From Myxine glutinosa (taxonomy: Eukaryota): DNA of 64,000 bases. The stretch is from NCBI RefSeq assembly GCF_040869285.1, contig NC_090432.1; one strand, given 5' to 3'. Made by a program: the position numbers and the translations under genes. Under the pieces are notes generated by a model. It worked only from the letters and a program-made list of their open reading frames with translations, had not been told where the DNA came from and searched no databases. Of this stretch, positions 1 to 12,646 are shown one piece after another. How positions within the stretch are numbered: the first letter of the stretch is position 1; every line of letters starts with the position of its first letter.

Positions 1-780
<780 letters not shown>

Positions 781-846
<66 letters not shown>
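781..846. repeat. (TA)n microsatellite, left flank of the nested Tc1
   Basis: Uninterrupted ta dinucleotide run. Confidence 0.95.
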
Positions 847-847
<1 letters not shown>

Positions 848-1117
848 TGAAACGCAAAATAAACTTACCACCTTTGAAACCTTTAAATATCAACAATAAC
901 ACTGCGTGTAGTAAATGTGTGAACTTATTTGTGGACAATAGTGTCCTCACTGTCAGACAAAACGGTCACGGATGGTCACTTGAACCTTCAATGGTCACTT
1001 CATAGCACAGCTGTTGAACAGCCGTTTTGACTGTCAGTGATTAGCCAAGGGGTATGGGATGATTTTAATGAGCTGCACGTTATGTCTTGATATTGGCTTT
1101 AAAAAGGCCAGTGCAAA

Positions 1118-2144
1118 ATGGGCATTTCAATCAACATGCCACGATTGTCAAGGGATCAACGGCAGCGTGCCCTGGGCATGCTGCAAGGCGGGCTGAGCTA
1201 CCGTGAGGTGGCACGTCGCCTTGGCTGTTCACACCAGACGATATCGGCCCTGGTGGACAGAGACACCCTCCACAACTCTGCAGATGACAGACCTCGATCA
1301 GGAAGGCCAAGAGTCAACACTGCAAGGCAGGACAGGCAGATGGTCCGAAGTCACCTGCGGGATCAATTCCGTCCAGCATCCCGCACTGCGGCAGAAACTC
1401 CGGGGCGTGCAAACCCACGGATCTCCAATGATACTGCACGAAGACGACTGCATGACTATGGTCTGACTGCCAGAAGACCATACAGAGGCCCCGTGATGAC
1501 GGCTGCCCATCGCCACAACCGACAGATGGTGCCAGCAGCATCAGCAGTGGACCTTGGCGCAGTGGAACGAGGTCGCTTTCAGCGATGAGTCAAGGTTCTG
1601 TGTGGACAGTCCTGATGGGTGTGAGCGTGTCTGGAGAAGAACTGGCGAGCGATATGCCGATTGTTGCTTGCGTCAGGCCAACAGGTGGGGTGGTCCAAGT
1701 GTGATGGTGTGGGCCGCCATATCAGGCCGGTACAGGACGCCACTGGTGGTTGTGGATGGGAATCTTAACGCCCAGCGGTATGTGGATAACATCCTGCAAC
1801 CTCATCTGCTGCCATTCCTGCTAGACCACCCAGAACTGAGAACCTTTCAGCATGACAACGCTCATCCCCATGCTGCTCGCTTTACCACTGCATTTCTCCA
1901 AGGCGAGAACATCAACACCATGCAGTGGCCTGCGCTCTCCCCTGACCTGAATCCCATAGAGCACCTGTGGGATGAGCTTGGGAGACGCGTAGTTGGCAGG
2001 GCCAGGACACGGGCAGAGCTGCTTCAGACATTGAGGACTGAGTGGGACAGAATCCAGCAGCAATCCATCCAAAAACTGGTAGGCAGTATACGCCGACGAT
2101 GCACTGCCTGTATCCAAAACAATGGTGGCCACACACGCTATTGA
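1118..2144 (+). pseudogene. Tc1-like transposase (DD34E) with one frameshift near 1555-1590
   Basis: ORFs 1118..1588 and 1554..2144 overlap in different frames. Motifs present: HTH N-terminus, [28 protein letters not shown] and a C-terminal GGHTRY. Confidence 0.8.
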
Positions 2145-2232
2145 AAGGGGACTGACATTGCACCCTGTGCTGTTCTGTACTGTAGAACAAACTGATGAGA
2201 CGGTGTATCTTGGTCAAAAACTTGACATGTCA

Positions 2233-2559
2233 TCAATAAAATGCCAATGTTTCAATTAGCAATTGTTGGTTTGTTTTATTTTGAACTGTTACAATTTTAT
2301 TACATTTCAAACAAGTGGTAAGGTGACTTCGGACCATCTGCCTGTCCTGCCTTGCAGTGGTGACTCTTGGCCTCCCTGATCGAGGTCTGTCATCTGCAGA
2401 GTTGTGGAGGGTGTCTCTGTCCACCAGGGCCGATATCGTCTGGTGTGAACAGCCAAGGCGACGTGCCACCTCACGGTAGCTCAGTCCGCCTTGCAGCATG
2501 CCCAGGGCACGCTGCCGTTGATCCCTTGACAATCGTGGCATGTTGATTGAAATGCCCAT
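2233..2559 (-). pseudogene. Inverted partial copy of the family-B transposase N-terminus, part of the right terminal duplication
   Basis: The minus-strand ORF MGISINMPRLSRDQRQRALGMLQGGLSYREVARRLGCSHQTISALVDRDTLHNSADDRPRSGRPRV is nearly identical to residues 1-80 of the 1118 ORF. Confidence 0.8.
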
Positions 2560-2819
2560 TTTGCACTGGCCTTTTTAAAGCCAATATCAAGACATCACGT
2601 GCAGCTCATTAAAATCATCCCGTACCCCTTGGCTAATCACTGACAGTCAAAACGGCTGTTCAACAGCTGTGCTATGAAGTGACCATTGAAGGTTCAAGTG
2701 ACCGTTTTGTCTGACAGCGAGGACACTATTGTCCACAAATAAGTTCACACATTTACTACACGCAGTGTTATTGTTGATATTTAAAGGTTTCAAAGGTGGT
2801 AAGTTTATTTTGCGTTTCA

Positions 2820-2820
<1 letters not shown>

Positions 2821-2896
<76 letters not shown>
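2821..2896. repeat. (TA)n microsatellite, right flank of the nested Tc1
   Basis: ta dinucleotide run. Confidence 0.95.
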
Positions 2897-2899
<3 letters not shown>

Positions 2900-2992
2900 G
2901 CAGTTTTGGGAAACTACTGAGAAGTAATGGCAACCACCATACAGGTCCCTTAGAATAGTTATTTCATAGCAGAACATTATCTTAGTCCCTTT

Positions 2993-3332
2993 CCTGGTGT
3001 TGGCTTAGCGGTTAGGGTGCCGGCTTTGGATCCCAGGATCCCGAGTTTGAATCCCGGTCGATCACTGAATTAACGCCAGGGGGGTTGCCTCATCCTGTCA
3101 TCCTTCCGAGGTCGGCAAATCGAGTACCAGCTTGCTCGGATGAATGATCCCCCTGTGTACCCCGATTTAGAATAGGTAGACAGTATCCCTGCACATCATA
3201 AGAGGCGACTAAGGGTTGGCGTTAGTAAGGACATCAGGCCATAAAAACATTGCTTCAAACAGGGAACCATGATTGTCATGGGGCCCACAAGGCTAACCCC
3301 CGCTCTAGCGGGGAAAAATGGCCTTAAAACGA
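2993..3332 (+). mobile_element. tRNA-derived SINE, family A, copy 1, lacking the T-rich tail
   Basis: Head CCTGGTGTTGGCTTAGCGGTTAGGGTGCC...GAGTTTGAATCCCGG carries A-box-like TGGCTTAGCGG and B-box-like GGTTCGAATCC. The conserved body ends CCCGCTCTAGCGGGGAAAAATGGCC. The same family recurs at 11220, 40086, 48053, 56935 and 59801. Confidence 0.7.
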
Positions 3333-3597
3333 TCATTCATGTATATTCTTTCACTTATTTCGGGTTAACATGTTATGCGTTGGGGAAGGGAAAGACAGGT
3401 CCTCCTCTCATAAGGGATATGCACCAATCAGAGTATGAGACCCTTCGAGAGAGCTAGTGGGGGCGGAGTGACAGGCTCCACCAATCCTGAGCCAGGACAC
3501 CCTCAAACACACCCACCCTCTGAGGGTGGCCAAAAGGCCATTCTCCATGTGTTTGAATTCTCATTCATATTGGACATTGTTGGATGCACACGTGTTT

Positions 3598-3790
3598 GGA
3601 TAAGATTTCTCGTATCCGGATTCAGATTCGAATAATCACCAAAATTGAATAATGTCTTCCTTGTCACACACCTAACCTGTCTTCTATGTTTCGTCTGAAT
3701 CCGTCCACAACTTTGAGATGTCCTGTTCACAAACAAACAGACAGGGGTGAAAGCATAACCTCCACCCACCTTCGGTGGCAGAGGAAATAA
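3598..3790 (+). mobile_element. SINE family B, 3' fragment
   Basis: Matches 10560-10750 and 45250-45440: GGATTCAGATTCG...ATCACCAAAATTGAATAAT...TCCGTCCACAACTTTGAGATGTCCTGTTCACA(A/G)ACAGACA...GGGTGAAAGCATAACCTCCACCCACCTTCGGTGG. Confidence 0.6.
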
Positions 3791-4924
3791 GATAATTCAC
3801 TGTCGGGATTTAAATTGGTTGGAAAATTTGTTTCGCTTCTGGACCTCGTTGTATTCGGCAATTCACAAGCGTCTGTGTTGTCTATAAACCTGTATTGTTA
3901 TATTCGTCCCTGGACAAAGTGTCCAATGTATTGACATATCCAAGCTTCGGGACAAGCTCTGACACCAATTGTTTGGTCATGAAAGCACAATAACTCAACC
4001 GATCATGAATGGACGTTCCTCTCCTTCTTTTAGTACTCCAATATGGCGGAGGCACAGGAATTGCTGATGTCACAAAACAACCTCCATTAGTGAAGTTGGT
4101 ATTATCTAAATATTGCTTCAATGGAAAAATAAAAGATTTAGTTCAGACCCCTTATTGCCTGCATTTGTACTGGAGGGCACCACATATTTGAGAGTTTACG
4201 TTTCAAAAGAACTCGCTAAAATAAACACGCAACTATACCTGTTTATAGATAAACTACGATTAGAAAAAGGTTGAAGTACAAAAAGACGACAAATTCTCAA
4301 CTTTATTGATTAGAAATGATGGATGAATGCCTCTGTAAATGCAACTGGTAACACTTCTGGTCACGATGATCATGGAAAACAAAATGGAAATTGAGAGTAG
4401 GAAGCATGATGTATTTGTGATGCTTCGTGAACATGTGTGCCTTGACACACGCACATGAGCCAAGACTGTAAATTCCCACACACTGTCAGCTTCAATCGAC
4501 TGGGAGGGAGCGAAAGAAGATTAGGGAAGGAAGGAAGGAGGAAGGGAGGGAGGGAATGAGGCAGACTGTGCAAGGGGATGAGGGTGTAATGAGGGATGGC
4601 AATTGGTGCGAGGGTGGTCTTGGAGCTGCAATATCAAATCGAAGTGGTAAATGCGTCATGGAAGGTCGTAAATCATTCACATGCGAACCATCCACCGATT
4701 AGCGAATACAGTATTTGATGGTAAAAGGTAAATTGTTCATTAGCGAATTAGGCCTTATTGATGCCGTCATTTTGCAAGAGACTACTGAATAAGCTTTTTG
4801 TCCCCCGTTGCACAGCGGAGCGAAAGGGGGACTATGGTTTTCCCCTCCGTCCGTGTGTCCGTCCGTGCGTGCGTGCATGCGTGCGTGCGTGCATAAGCGA
4901 AGGACCGCATTCGAATTTGGTGTG

Positions 4925-5460
4925 TGGGTGCAACCCACGTCAAAATCCAAGATGGCCGCCGCCATGTATGTCTGATGCCATGTATGTCTGAACCTTGTGA
5001 GCGGAATATCTTGAAAAATATGCGAAGTACCAACTTCTAATCTGGTGTGTAGGTGTATCTAGGCATAAGGAAGAAAGCTATTGAAAATTGGGTCGCCACG
5101 TCAAAATCCAAGATGGCCGCCGCCATGTATGTCTGATGCCATGTATGTCTGAACCTTGTGAACGAAATATCTTGAAAAATAAGCGAAGTACCAACTTCTA
5201 ATCTGGTGTACGGGTGTATCTCGGCATAATGAAGAACCCTATTGAAAATTGGGTCGCCACGTCAAAATCCAAGATGGCCGCCACCATATATATGTCTGAA
5301 CCTTGTGAGCAAAATATCTTGAAAAATAAGCGAAGTACTAACTTCTAATCTGGTGTGTGGGTGTATCTCGGCATCAGGAAGAACGCTATTGAAAATTGGG
5401 TCGCCACGTCAAAATCCAAGATGGCCGCCTCCATGTATGTCTGAACCTTGAGCGAAATAT
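4925..5460. repeat. Tandem repeat of ~160-bp unit, about 3.4 copies, containing the palindromic motif CAAGATGGCCGCCGCCATG
   Basis: GTCAAAATCCAAGATGGCCGCC recurs at 4938, 5098, 5261 and 5407. Confidence 0.8.
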
Positions 5461-5781
5461 CATATCATAGCATGTTTTCTGCGTCTTCCACTTTGTCAAC
5501 TCGCAACACTTCCCCGACGGGGGACCTAGGCGTAACGCTTGTTTTTAATCTAAATGGAGATAAATGCATGCGAGCATCCAAGAAGTGGGTAAATAAATAA
5601 TGGACAAATTTTAGGTTGAAAATGAATATTTGATTGTCATTTGGGTCTTTGTTTTCTTTCTCCCCTTACTGTTGCAGAGCTATGCTCCGCCTAGGATGGA
5701 TTGAGATACCGGAGCACGACACCCCTGATTATAATTAGGAACAATGTTGGAAGAACTTCCCACCCAGCAGCCCAAGCTCAC

Positions 5782-5994
5782 CTTGCAGTCATGACCTGCC
5801 GAGATGAGCCAGCGGCCATCAGGCCTAAATATCAATGCGTTGACCGGTCCTTGGTGGCCCATGAAGGTTCCAATTAAACAGGCCTTTTCCAATGACCACA
5901 GTCGAATCTCTCCATCCAAAGAAGAAGTAGCAATAAGGCGGCTAAAGGGGTCGAAGGCTGAAGAACACACTGCTGCCTTGTGTCCACTTAGCAC
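5782..5994 (-). CDS. NWD1: NWD1-like gene, WD40 exon (E19 in this window): VLSGHKAAVCSSAFDPFSRLIATSSLDGEIRLWSLEKACLIGTFMGHQGPVNALIFRPDGRWLISAGHDCK
   Basis: Acceptor ttgtccttgttcag|GTG and donor TGCAAG|gtgagc; phase 0/0. Contains WD40 GH...WD signatures. The gene continues 3' beyond the window start. Confidence 0.7.
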
Positions 5995-6121
5995 CTGAAC
6001 AAGGACAATATATATCATAGGACATATGGTTCAGAACAAGTTCCCTTTATTGTTTAAAAAATTTGATCCCAGCTATGGCTGGGATTTTCGATTATAAACA
6101 TATATATACATATATACATAT

Positions 6122-6830
6122 ATACAGTGCATTCAGAAACTATTCAGACCCCTTTACTTTTTTTTCACATTTTGTTATGTTGCAGCCTATGCTGAAATCG
6201 TTTAAATTGATTTTTTCCCTCAATCTACACTCAATACCCCATAATGACAAAGAGAAAACAGGATTTTAGAAAGTTTTGAAAAAATTTTAAAAAGAAAAAA
6301 CTGAAATATCACATTGACATAAGTATTCAGACCCTTTGCTATGACACTTGAAATTTAGCTCAGGTGCCTCCCATTTCTCTTGATCATCTTTGAAATGTTT
6401 CTACACCTTGATTGGAGTCCACCTGTGGTCAATTGATTGGACACGATTTGGAAAGGCACACACCTGTCTATATAAGGTCTCAAAGCTGACAATGCATATC
6501 AGAGCAAAAACCAAGCCATGAGATCGAAGGAACTGCATGCAGAGCTCAGAGACATGATTGTGTCGAGGCACAGATCTGGGGAAGCCTACAAAAAAATCTC
6601 TGCTGCATTGAATGTTCCCAAAAGCACAGTGGCGATGGGAGAAACTTCCAGAAGGACAACCATCACTGCAATACCCCACCGATCTGGGCTTTATGGCAGA
6701 GTGGCCAGACGGAAGCCTCTCCTCAGTGAAAGACACGTGAAAGCCCGCTTGGAGTTTGCAAAAAAGCACCAAAAGGACTCTCAGACTGTGAAACAAGATT
6801 CTGTGGTCTGATGAAACCAAGAATGAACTG
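6122..6830 (+). mobile_element. Tc1 element, salmonid-type family with terminus TACAGTGCATTCAGAAA...TATTCAGACCCC, 5' fragment, copy 1
   Basis: Left TIR TACAGTGCATTCAGAAACTATTCAGACCCC and inner repeats. The transposase N-terminus ORF is 6518..6811, with an internal deletion relative to the copy at 29458. The element is truncated at ~6830. Confidence 0.8.
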
Positions 6831-6837
6831 TTTTTGG

Positions 6838-6890
6838 CTTCCGTCTGGCCACTCTGCCATAAAGCCCAGATTGGTGGGGTGTTGCAGTTG
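6838..6890. other. Snap-back inverted duplication at the truncation point of the Tc1 fragment
   Basis: 6838-6890 (CTTCCGTCTGGCCACTCTGCCATAAAGCCCAGATTGGTGGGGTGTTGCAGT) is the reverse complement of 6668-6720. Confidence 0.7.
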
Positions 6891-7046
6891 ATGCAAACAA
6901 TTCCTATAGGTTCCCAACCTCTGCTGATTACTTGATTACAAACCCCCTGTCTGTATAAAAGCAGTATTGGAACAGACTGTTATTACACACTCTGAAGCAT
7001 TATTTGGACAGTATTGCACTGCAGGAAGTAGTATATTGCTATCATA

Positions 7047-8029
7047 ATGGCGAGAAAAAGGCAATTAACAAAGGAAGACAGACAGACCATTATAACCCTT
7101 AAAAGTGTAGGTCTTTCCTTTGGAGAAATTGCAAAGAAAGCCAAGGTGTCAGTGAGTACAGTTTCCTACACCATCAAAAGGCACTTGGAAACTGGAGGAA
7201 ACTCTGACAGGAAGAGGTCTGGCACACCCAAAGCCACAACAGAATCAGAAGACAAGTTTCTGAGAGTCAACAGCTTGCGTGATAGGTGGCTCACAGGACA
7301 ACAGCTTCAAGCACAGCTTAACACTAGTCGAAGTAAGCAAGTCTCAGTTTCAACTGTGAAGAGAAGACTTCAAGCTATGGTTTGACAGGTCGCGTGGCAG
7401 AAAGAAAGCCATTGCTAAGATGGCAAAATAAGAAAAAGAGGCTTGCCTGGGCCATGAAGTGCTGCCAGTGGACTACTGACGACTGGAAGAAGGTCTTATG
7501 GACCAATGAATCAAAATTTGAAATCTTTGGTTCATCACGCAGGGTTTTTGTACGCCGTCGAGTAGGCGAAAGGATGGTTCCTCAGTGTGTGACACCAACT
7601 GTCAAACATGGAGGAGGAAGCGTGATGGTCTGGGGCTCTTTTGCTGGATCCAGAGTCGGCAACTTGCACAGAGTGACTGGCACCCTGAACCAAAAGGGCT
7701 ACCACAGCATTTTGCAGTGCCATGCAATACCCTCTGGTATACGCCTAGTTGGTCAGGGGTTCATCCTACAGCAAGATAATGACCCCAAACACACCTCCAG
7801 GCTATGTCAAAACTACCTTCGAGGAAAAGAACAACACGGTCGGCTTCAAATCATGGAATGGCCAGCACAGTCTCCAGACTTAAACCCCATCGAGCTGGTT
7901 TGGGATGAACTGGACAGAAGGGTGAAAGCAAAGCAACCTACAAGTGCAACACATTTATGGGAACTTCTGCAACAGTGTAGGGAAGAACTTCCCGAACAAT
8001 ATTTGAGTAATATCAATATCAATATTTGA
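7047..8029 (+). pseudogene. Tc1-like transposase, family C, with a single frameshift at ~7382
   Basis: ORFs 7047..7385 and 7382..8029. Motifs present: HTH N-terminus, [21 protein letters not shown] and [21 protein letters not shown]. The element termini were not resolved and lie roughly at 6893-8105. Confidence 0.75.
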
Positions 8030-8393
8030 TTGTTTATTTGTTCTATGCTTAATTTCAGAGTACATTGAGACATTAAACTGCATAAATTTCAATAAAAACT
8101 GGAAAAATTGAGGCGTTCTAAAACTTTTGAACGGTCGTGGATACCGCATCATTTTGCTTTTATGTTAAAATATGCAAATATGTTTGAGCTCGGTTTGATC
8201 GAGGATTTTCCAGTACCGGGTGCAACCGGAAGAGAGACAAAAGGAAAGTACAGATACCGATTAAATGGAAACACCATTTCATGTGACGACGAGTAAAAGG
8301 TTATTATACAATAGCACACAAAGAAAGAAAACCACATGTACGAGACAATTTAAAAAAAATTATGCACACAATTCATAATTGGACAATTCTCAC

Positions 8394-8549
8394 CGCAGTC
8401 TTCTGCATATATATTGTGTCCCACAGAGTCACAGTTCCATCCCACGACCCAGCAACTAGCATCCGGCTCTGTGGGCACCACGAAACGCAGGACAGTGGGC
8501 GCGAGACAGAAAACTCTGCGTGAAGGTTACCGCCCGATACGCGCCACAC
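8394..8549 (-). CDS. NWD1: NWD1-like WD40 exon (E18): VWRVSGGNLHAEFSVSRPLSCVSWCPQSRMLVAGSWDGTVTLWDTIYMQKTA
   Basis: Acceptor gtttatttgtttacag|GTG and donor ACTGCG|gtgaga; phase 0/0. Confidence 0.7.
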
Positions 8550-10311
8550 CTGTAAACAAATAAACACCAAAATTACACAAATAAATTAAATTGCACACTG
8601 CACATAAACAATCTCAAAATTGTATTCAATCAGAAAAAAACAACTTTCATCATTTCAACAATCAACAGCAATCTCATCACTTAAACAATAGCCAGCAGTG
8701 GGAATTTCATTAAAGCCTCGTTTGTTTCTTCCTCGTCCACCTGCTGTGCCCCTCCTCAACTCAATGTCAGCTCGTCCTCCGTATCCCTACCAGATATTTA
8801 TCTGGACAAAGAGTGGAAATGATTCATGACATCTTTACAACTGAAGCGGTTCATCAAAAGCCTCGATTACACAACTTAACAAATTTAACATCCGCAAATA
8901 GACTTTCCATGTAAGCTGGATAACGCAATAATGTTCCCCTAAATGACAAGACCAGCAGGGAATTAGTTTGCTTCCTTTGGGCAACAACTGCTTTCTGCTT
9001 AAATTAGAATAGGATGGACTACCAGCTTATTGGGGAGTTGAAAGAAAGTACAGTTACGTTTGTGGAGGTAGATGAAGGAATCCCATAGAAAAGATAGGAT
9101 TGTAAAGTATAACATGGACCGTGGACACGTAGGAGACATCTCGATGTATTTAAGTAGGGAAACTGTAGCTTAAGATTGTTTATGTGTCTTCACACAAGGG
9201 GTGAAGCTGTGTTAACTAGGTAGGGATTAAGGTTAGTTTTCCCCAGTACGTGATATTCCCTCTGTGATCTTGTCCCTACGTTTTTACAACTACAACCAGG
9301 CCAGCCATGCAAAGCCTCCATTAAACAACAATAACCGTCCACTGCATGCAAACAAGTTCCCGAACATTGCCGATCGGCAAGCAAGCCACACCTTAATGAA
9401 CACTCACGCCAACCCACACCAAATATACATATATACACACATTTATATTGCTTTGAGAAATATTACTACATATAATTTTGTGTGCTCCTGTGCCCATCAC
9501 ACTTTATTCTAAAGCCTTCCTACTGTTGTACCATTGGAATTGCTACATTAAAGCTCCAAATCCTCCTTCTTCCTCTTTAATTGATTACAACCAAGTAAAT
9601 ACACAATTAACTTTCCAATGGTACTATTATTATTAATATTCTATGACAACAGGAACACTTTAGGATAAAGTCTGACAGACACACACAAACACACCCATTT
9701 CTCCTTTTAGTAATAGTTGGACTGAGATGAAAGGTTTCACTGAAAATTAAGAGATCAAAGTGCATGCTGTTGTGAGGAATCATCTCAAACATTTGACAAA
9801 TCATATGGGGTGCTGAAAGCTGAATAGTCCCACTCTTTCAGCACTCTCACCATGTAGTTGGCATGTATTATTTGCAAGCTTTTCATTGGGTTCGTTATGC
9901 TTGACCCAGGACTTGCCACATTTTTGTTTTCCCTCTGGTGGGTATCTTGTGCCAGCTTTCCTCATGTAACAGAGTGGGGCCCTCCATCCTTCAAATTAGA
10001 CATGCACTCTATTGTGGGACAATGCAATCGTTTTCCTTTTTTTTTTTTTTTTGTTAAATCTTATCCAATTTTGTTTTCCACCCATCTACTTACACCTTTA
10101 ATAGGTCAGCCCAATTCTAATTTCTCTTCACATTTGTTGTTGCATCAGGAATGGTGAAGGAACGTTTTTTTTGTATACCTCATTGCTCAGCAACTGTCAA
10201 ATTATTCAGAGTTTTCTTTGCTTGTGCCTACCACCTTCCCACCCCATCTTCCCCTTATCCGCCTTAAAAAAGGTTAAATAAAGTCTCCAATTAAAAACCG
10301 TTTACAACTAG

Positions 10312-10749
10312 AAAGGCCCTCGGTAGAGCACGTACCTCTGCCAGCCTGAATAGTTTAGATTTTGTATCCCACTGATGGGTCGGATATAGATTCGGAATTG
10401 AACCAAAATCTAATCGCCTTGTCCGTGTCACCAAACCAACTCATCCACCTAGTTTTGTTATAATCCATCCACAACTTTTCAAAATATCAGCTATGTATTA
10501 TTTTTGGCCCCCCATCTCTCAATGGTGAGAATCACTTATAAAATAAATAAATAATTCATGTAAGAGAATCCGGATCCGGATCTTTATCAAAATCTAATCA
10601 ATTTGTCAATATCGAGCACCCAACCTATTCACCAAATTTCATTCGAATCCGTCCATTACTTTTTGAGATATCCTGCTCACAGACAGACAAACAGACAGAC
10701 AGACAAGGGTGAAAACACAACCTCTGTCCACATTTGGTGGAGGAGGTAA
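10312..10749 (+). mobile_element. SINE family B, full copy of ~440 bp
   Basis: Head GGCCCTCGGTAGAGCACGTACCTCTGCCAGCCTGAATAG is tRNA-like around GGTAGAGCAC. The body contains an internal duplication. The tail is CACAGACAGACAAACAGACAGACAGACAAGGGTGAAAACACAACCTCTGTCCACATTTGGTGGAGGAGGTAA. Putative TSD AACTAGA(A/G). Confidence 0.65.
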
Positions 10750-11219
10750 CTAGAGAGTTCATAGAACACCTTACCCTGCAGTCTTGAGAAAAAGGTCATG
10801 GGGAGCGTCTTTTAAACTCTTCCTTTGCGTATTTATTGTACTGAACAAGCAGCACGAGACAATGCTATATTTGTCTCACTGTTGAATCGCTCAGTTCTTC
10901 TGCTCTCAGAGAATGAGACAGCATAAAAAATTTGGCCAAATACTAAATGGAAGGCTTTTGAAAGTGCCAAGTAGGTGATTTGTGTTCTACAGTGTTCAAG
11001 CATACGTTATATTTAATTGAAATAAAATTAAGGTTTTAAAGGCTGCAGAAAAAAAAGTTTACCACGATTGATGTACCGTCTTTTACACCACCTTATTTAA
11101 CACATTGAATAAGTTATCCGTGCCTGTTGTTTATGTCGTTTATGATGTCGCAAAAACAGTAAGTTTCCTGTTTGAAATGCTTTCCAATTTTGTTTTTATT
11201 ACTGTACTTCTCTCTTAAG

Positions 11220-11539
11220 CCTGGTGTTGGGCTAGCGACTAGGGTGCCAGCTTAGGATCCTAGGATCCTGGGTTCGAATCCCGGTCGATCGCTGAATTAA
11301 CGCCAGGGGGTTGACTCAGCCTGTCATCCTTCCGAGGTCGGCAAATTGAGTACCAGTTCACTGGTAATTCCCCGTTTGTCGTAAAAAGGCGACAAAAAGG
11401 GTTGGCGGCAGGAAGGGAATCCGGCCGTAAAACATTGCTTCAAAAAGGGGACCAAAAAACAACAACAACCACGGTCCCCGAAAAAGGCCAACCCCCGCTT
11501 GCGGGGAAAAATGGCCTCTAAAGGTGGTTTTTTTTTTTT
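11220..11539 (+). mobile_element. SINE family A, full copy
   Basis: tRNA-like head with an exact GGGTTCGAATCCCGG B-box and a T13 tail. Flanking TSD TACTGTAC(T/C)TCTCTC at 11204-11218 and 11541-11555. Confidence 0.8.
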
Positions 11540-11807
11540 ACTGTACCTCTCTCTGCACATGCTTCATAAGGATGAGATTCCATACATTTTGCCAATTTCA
11601 GAGCCAAAGGACTGCTAAACTGCAGATTTGCATTCCGATTTGTGTTCTACAGTCGTCGAAATATAAAATTCAATCGAAATCAAGCAGTTCTTCGATCTCA
11701 GTCTGACATCTGTAGACAGACAGAGTCAGAAAAACAAAGTGAACCAATAATTGTTTAACCCTGCTTTTCGCTTTGTATATGCAGGGTAACAAACGTTAAA
11801 AACTTAC

Positions 11808-11907
11808 CTTTACATTTCCATCCCAGGCACAGGAAGCAATGAAGTCACCATTAGGGCAGGTAGAACAACTTGTTATACGGTCTTCATGGGCTTTCACCTC
11901 CCAAAGT
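11808..11907 (-). CDS. NWD1: NWD1-like WD40 exon (E17): (R)LWEVKAHEDRITSCSTCPNGDFIASCAWDGNVK
   Basis: Acceptor ttttgcatttag|A and donor GTAAAG|gtaagt. Phase 1 in, 0 out, consistent with E16. Confidence 0.7.
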
Positions 11908-12197
11908 CTAAATGCAAAAATAAATAAAAATAACGATACAATACCAACTTCATCTTGTGCATTTGACAAGTTTTGCGAATTTGATTCAAACGGAACAGAA
12001 AATGCCAAATGTCTTCCCATGTCATTCAATGATAATGTGTCCCACTTATTTCAACCAACTCGATGGAAGATTACATGCACAAAATCCAAATTACAAAATA
12101 TCTATATTTTAAATGTACTCTCCTTTAAATTAAACTTTGCACACCGGTCGTGTTATTTAAAATAAAAAACTCAAATACGTTAATGCAAATACACCAC

Positions 12198-12319
12198 CTG
12201 AAAGCCTGCACATCCCAGCACGAGAGAGCACCAGAGGGAGAGGCTACACAGATCGCTGACTCTGAGGTGAAGCAGCATGCCGACACTCCATCACCATACA
12301 CTTGCAACTGGCACACTTC
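12198..12319 (-). CDS. NWD1: NWD1-like WD40 exon (E16): EVCQLQVYGDGVSACCFTSESAICVASPSGALSCWDVQAF
   Basis: Acceptor ttgccatag|GAA and donor TTTCAG|gtggtg; phase 0 in, 2 out. Confidence 0.6.
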
Positions 12320-12416
12320 CTATGGCAAAGCGCATGGAATAAATAAGCCCAATGAGAGAAACGTTAATAAATGACAATCTGCTTGGTTATTGGAATATGT
12401 CCCCAACTAGTCTTAC

Positions 12417-12534
12417 CTGGCCAGTGCTGGCTTTCAGAATGCGCACACAGCCATCTGAGCATCCAAGGGCAAGAATGGCACCACCAGGTGAGATTGCCAT
12501 GCATGTTGCACCACCATGTACACTAGTCAGCACC
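12417..12534 (-). CDS. NWD1: NWD1-like WD40 exon (E15): (R)VLTSVHGGATCMAISPGGAILALGCSDGCVRILKASTGQ
   Basis: Acceptor tgtcttag|G and donor GGCCAG|gtaaga; phase 1 in, 0 out. Confidence 0.65.
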
Positions 12535-12623
12535 CTAAGACACCGAAATAATTCCAACAATAATGTCAAAGTACATTAGAGCTCCATCTCATATTTACTT
12601 TCCAGCATTGTAATACCTCTTAC

Positions 12624-12646
12624 CTGACAAACATGCTCACCATGTA
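12624..12646 (-). CDS. NWD1: Candidate 23-bp micro-exon (YMVSMFV), tentative
   Basis: Acceptor ttgattgtttcttttccag|TAC and donor GTCAG|gtaagag. It is phase-compatible between the short form of E14 and E15. An alternative model (long E14 15124-15496 joined directly to E15) is equally phase-consistent. Confidence 0.25.

Larger units (their letters stand above)
847..2820 (+). mobile_element. Tc1-like element, family B, with ~510-bp terminal inverted duplications
   Basis: 847-1358 is the reverse complement of 2321-2820 (ends CTGAAACGC.../...GCGTTTCAG). An internal DD34E transposase is present. The element is flanked on both sides by (TA)n. Confidence 0.75.
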
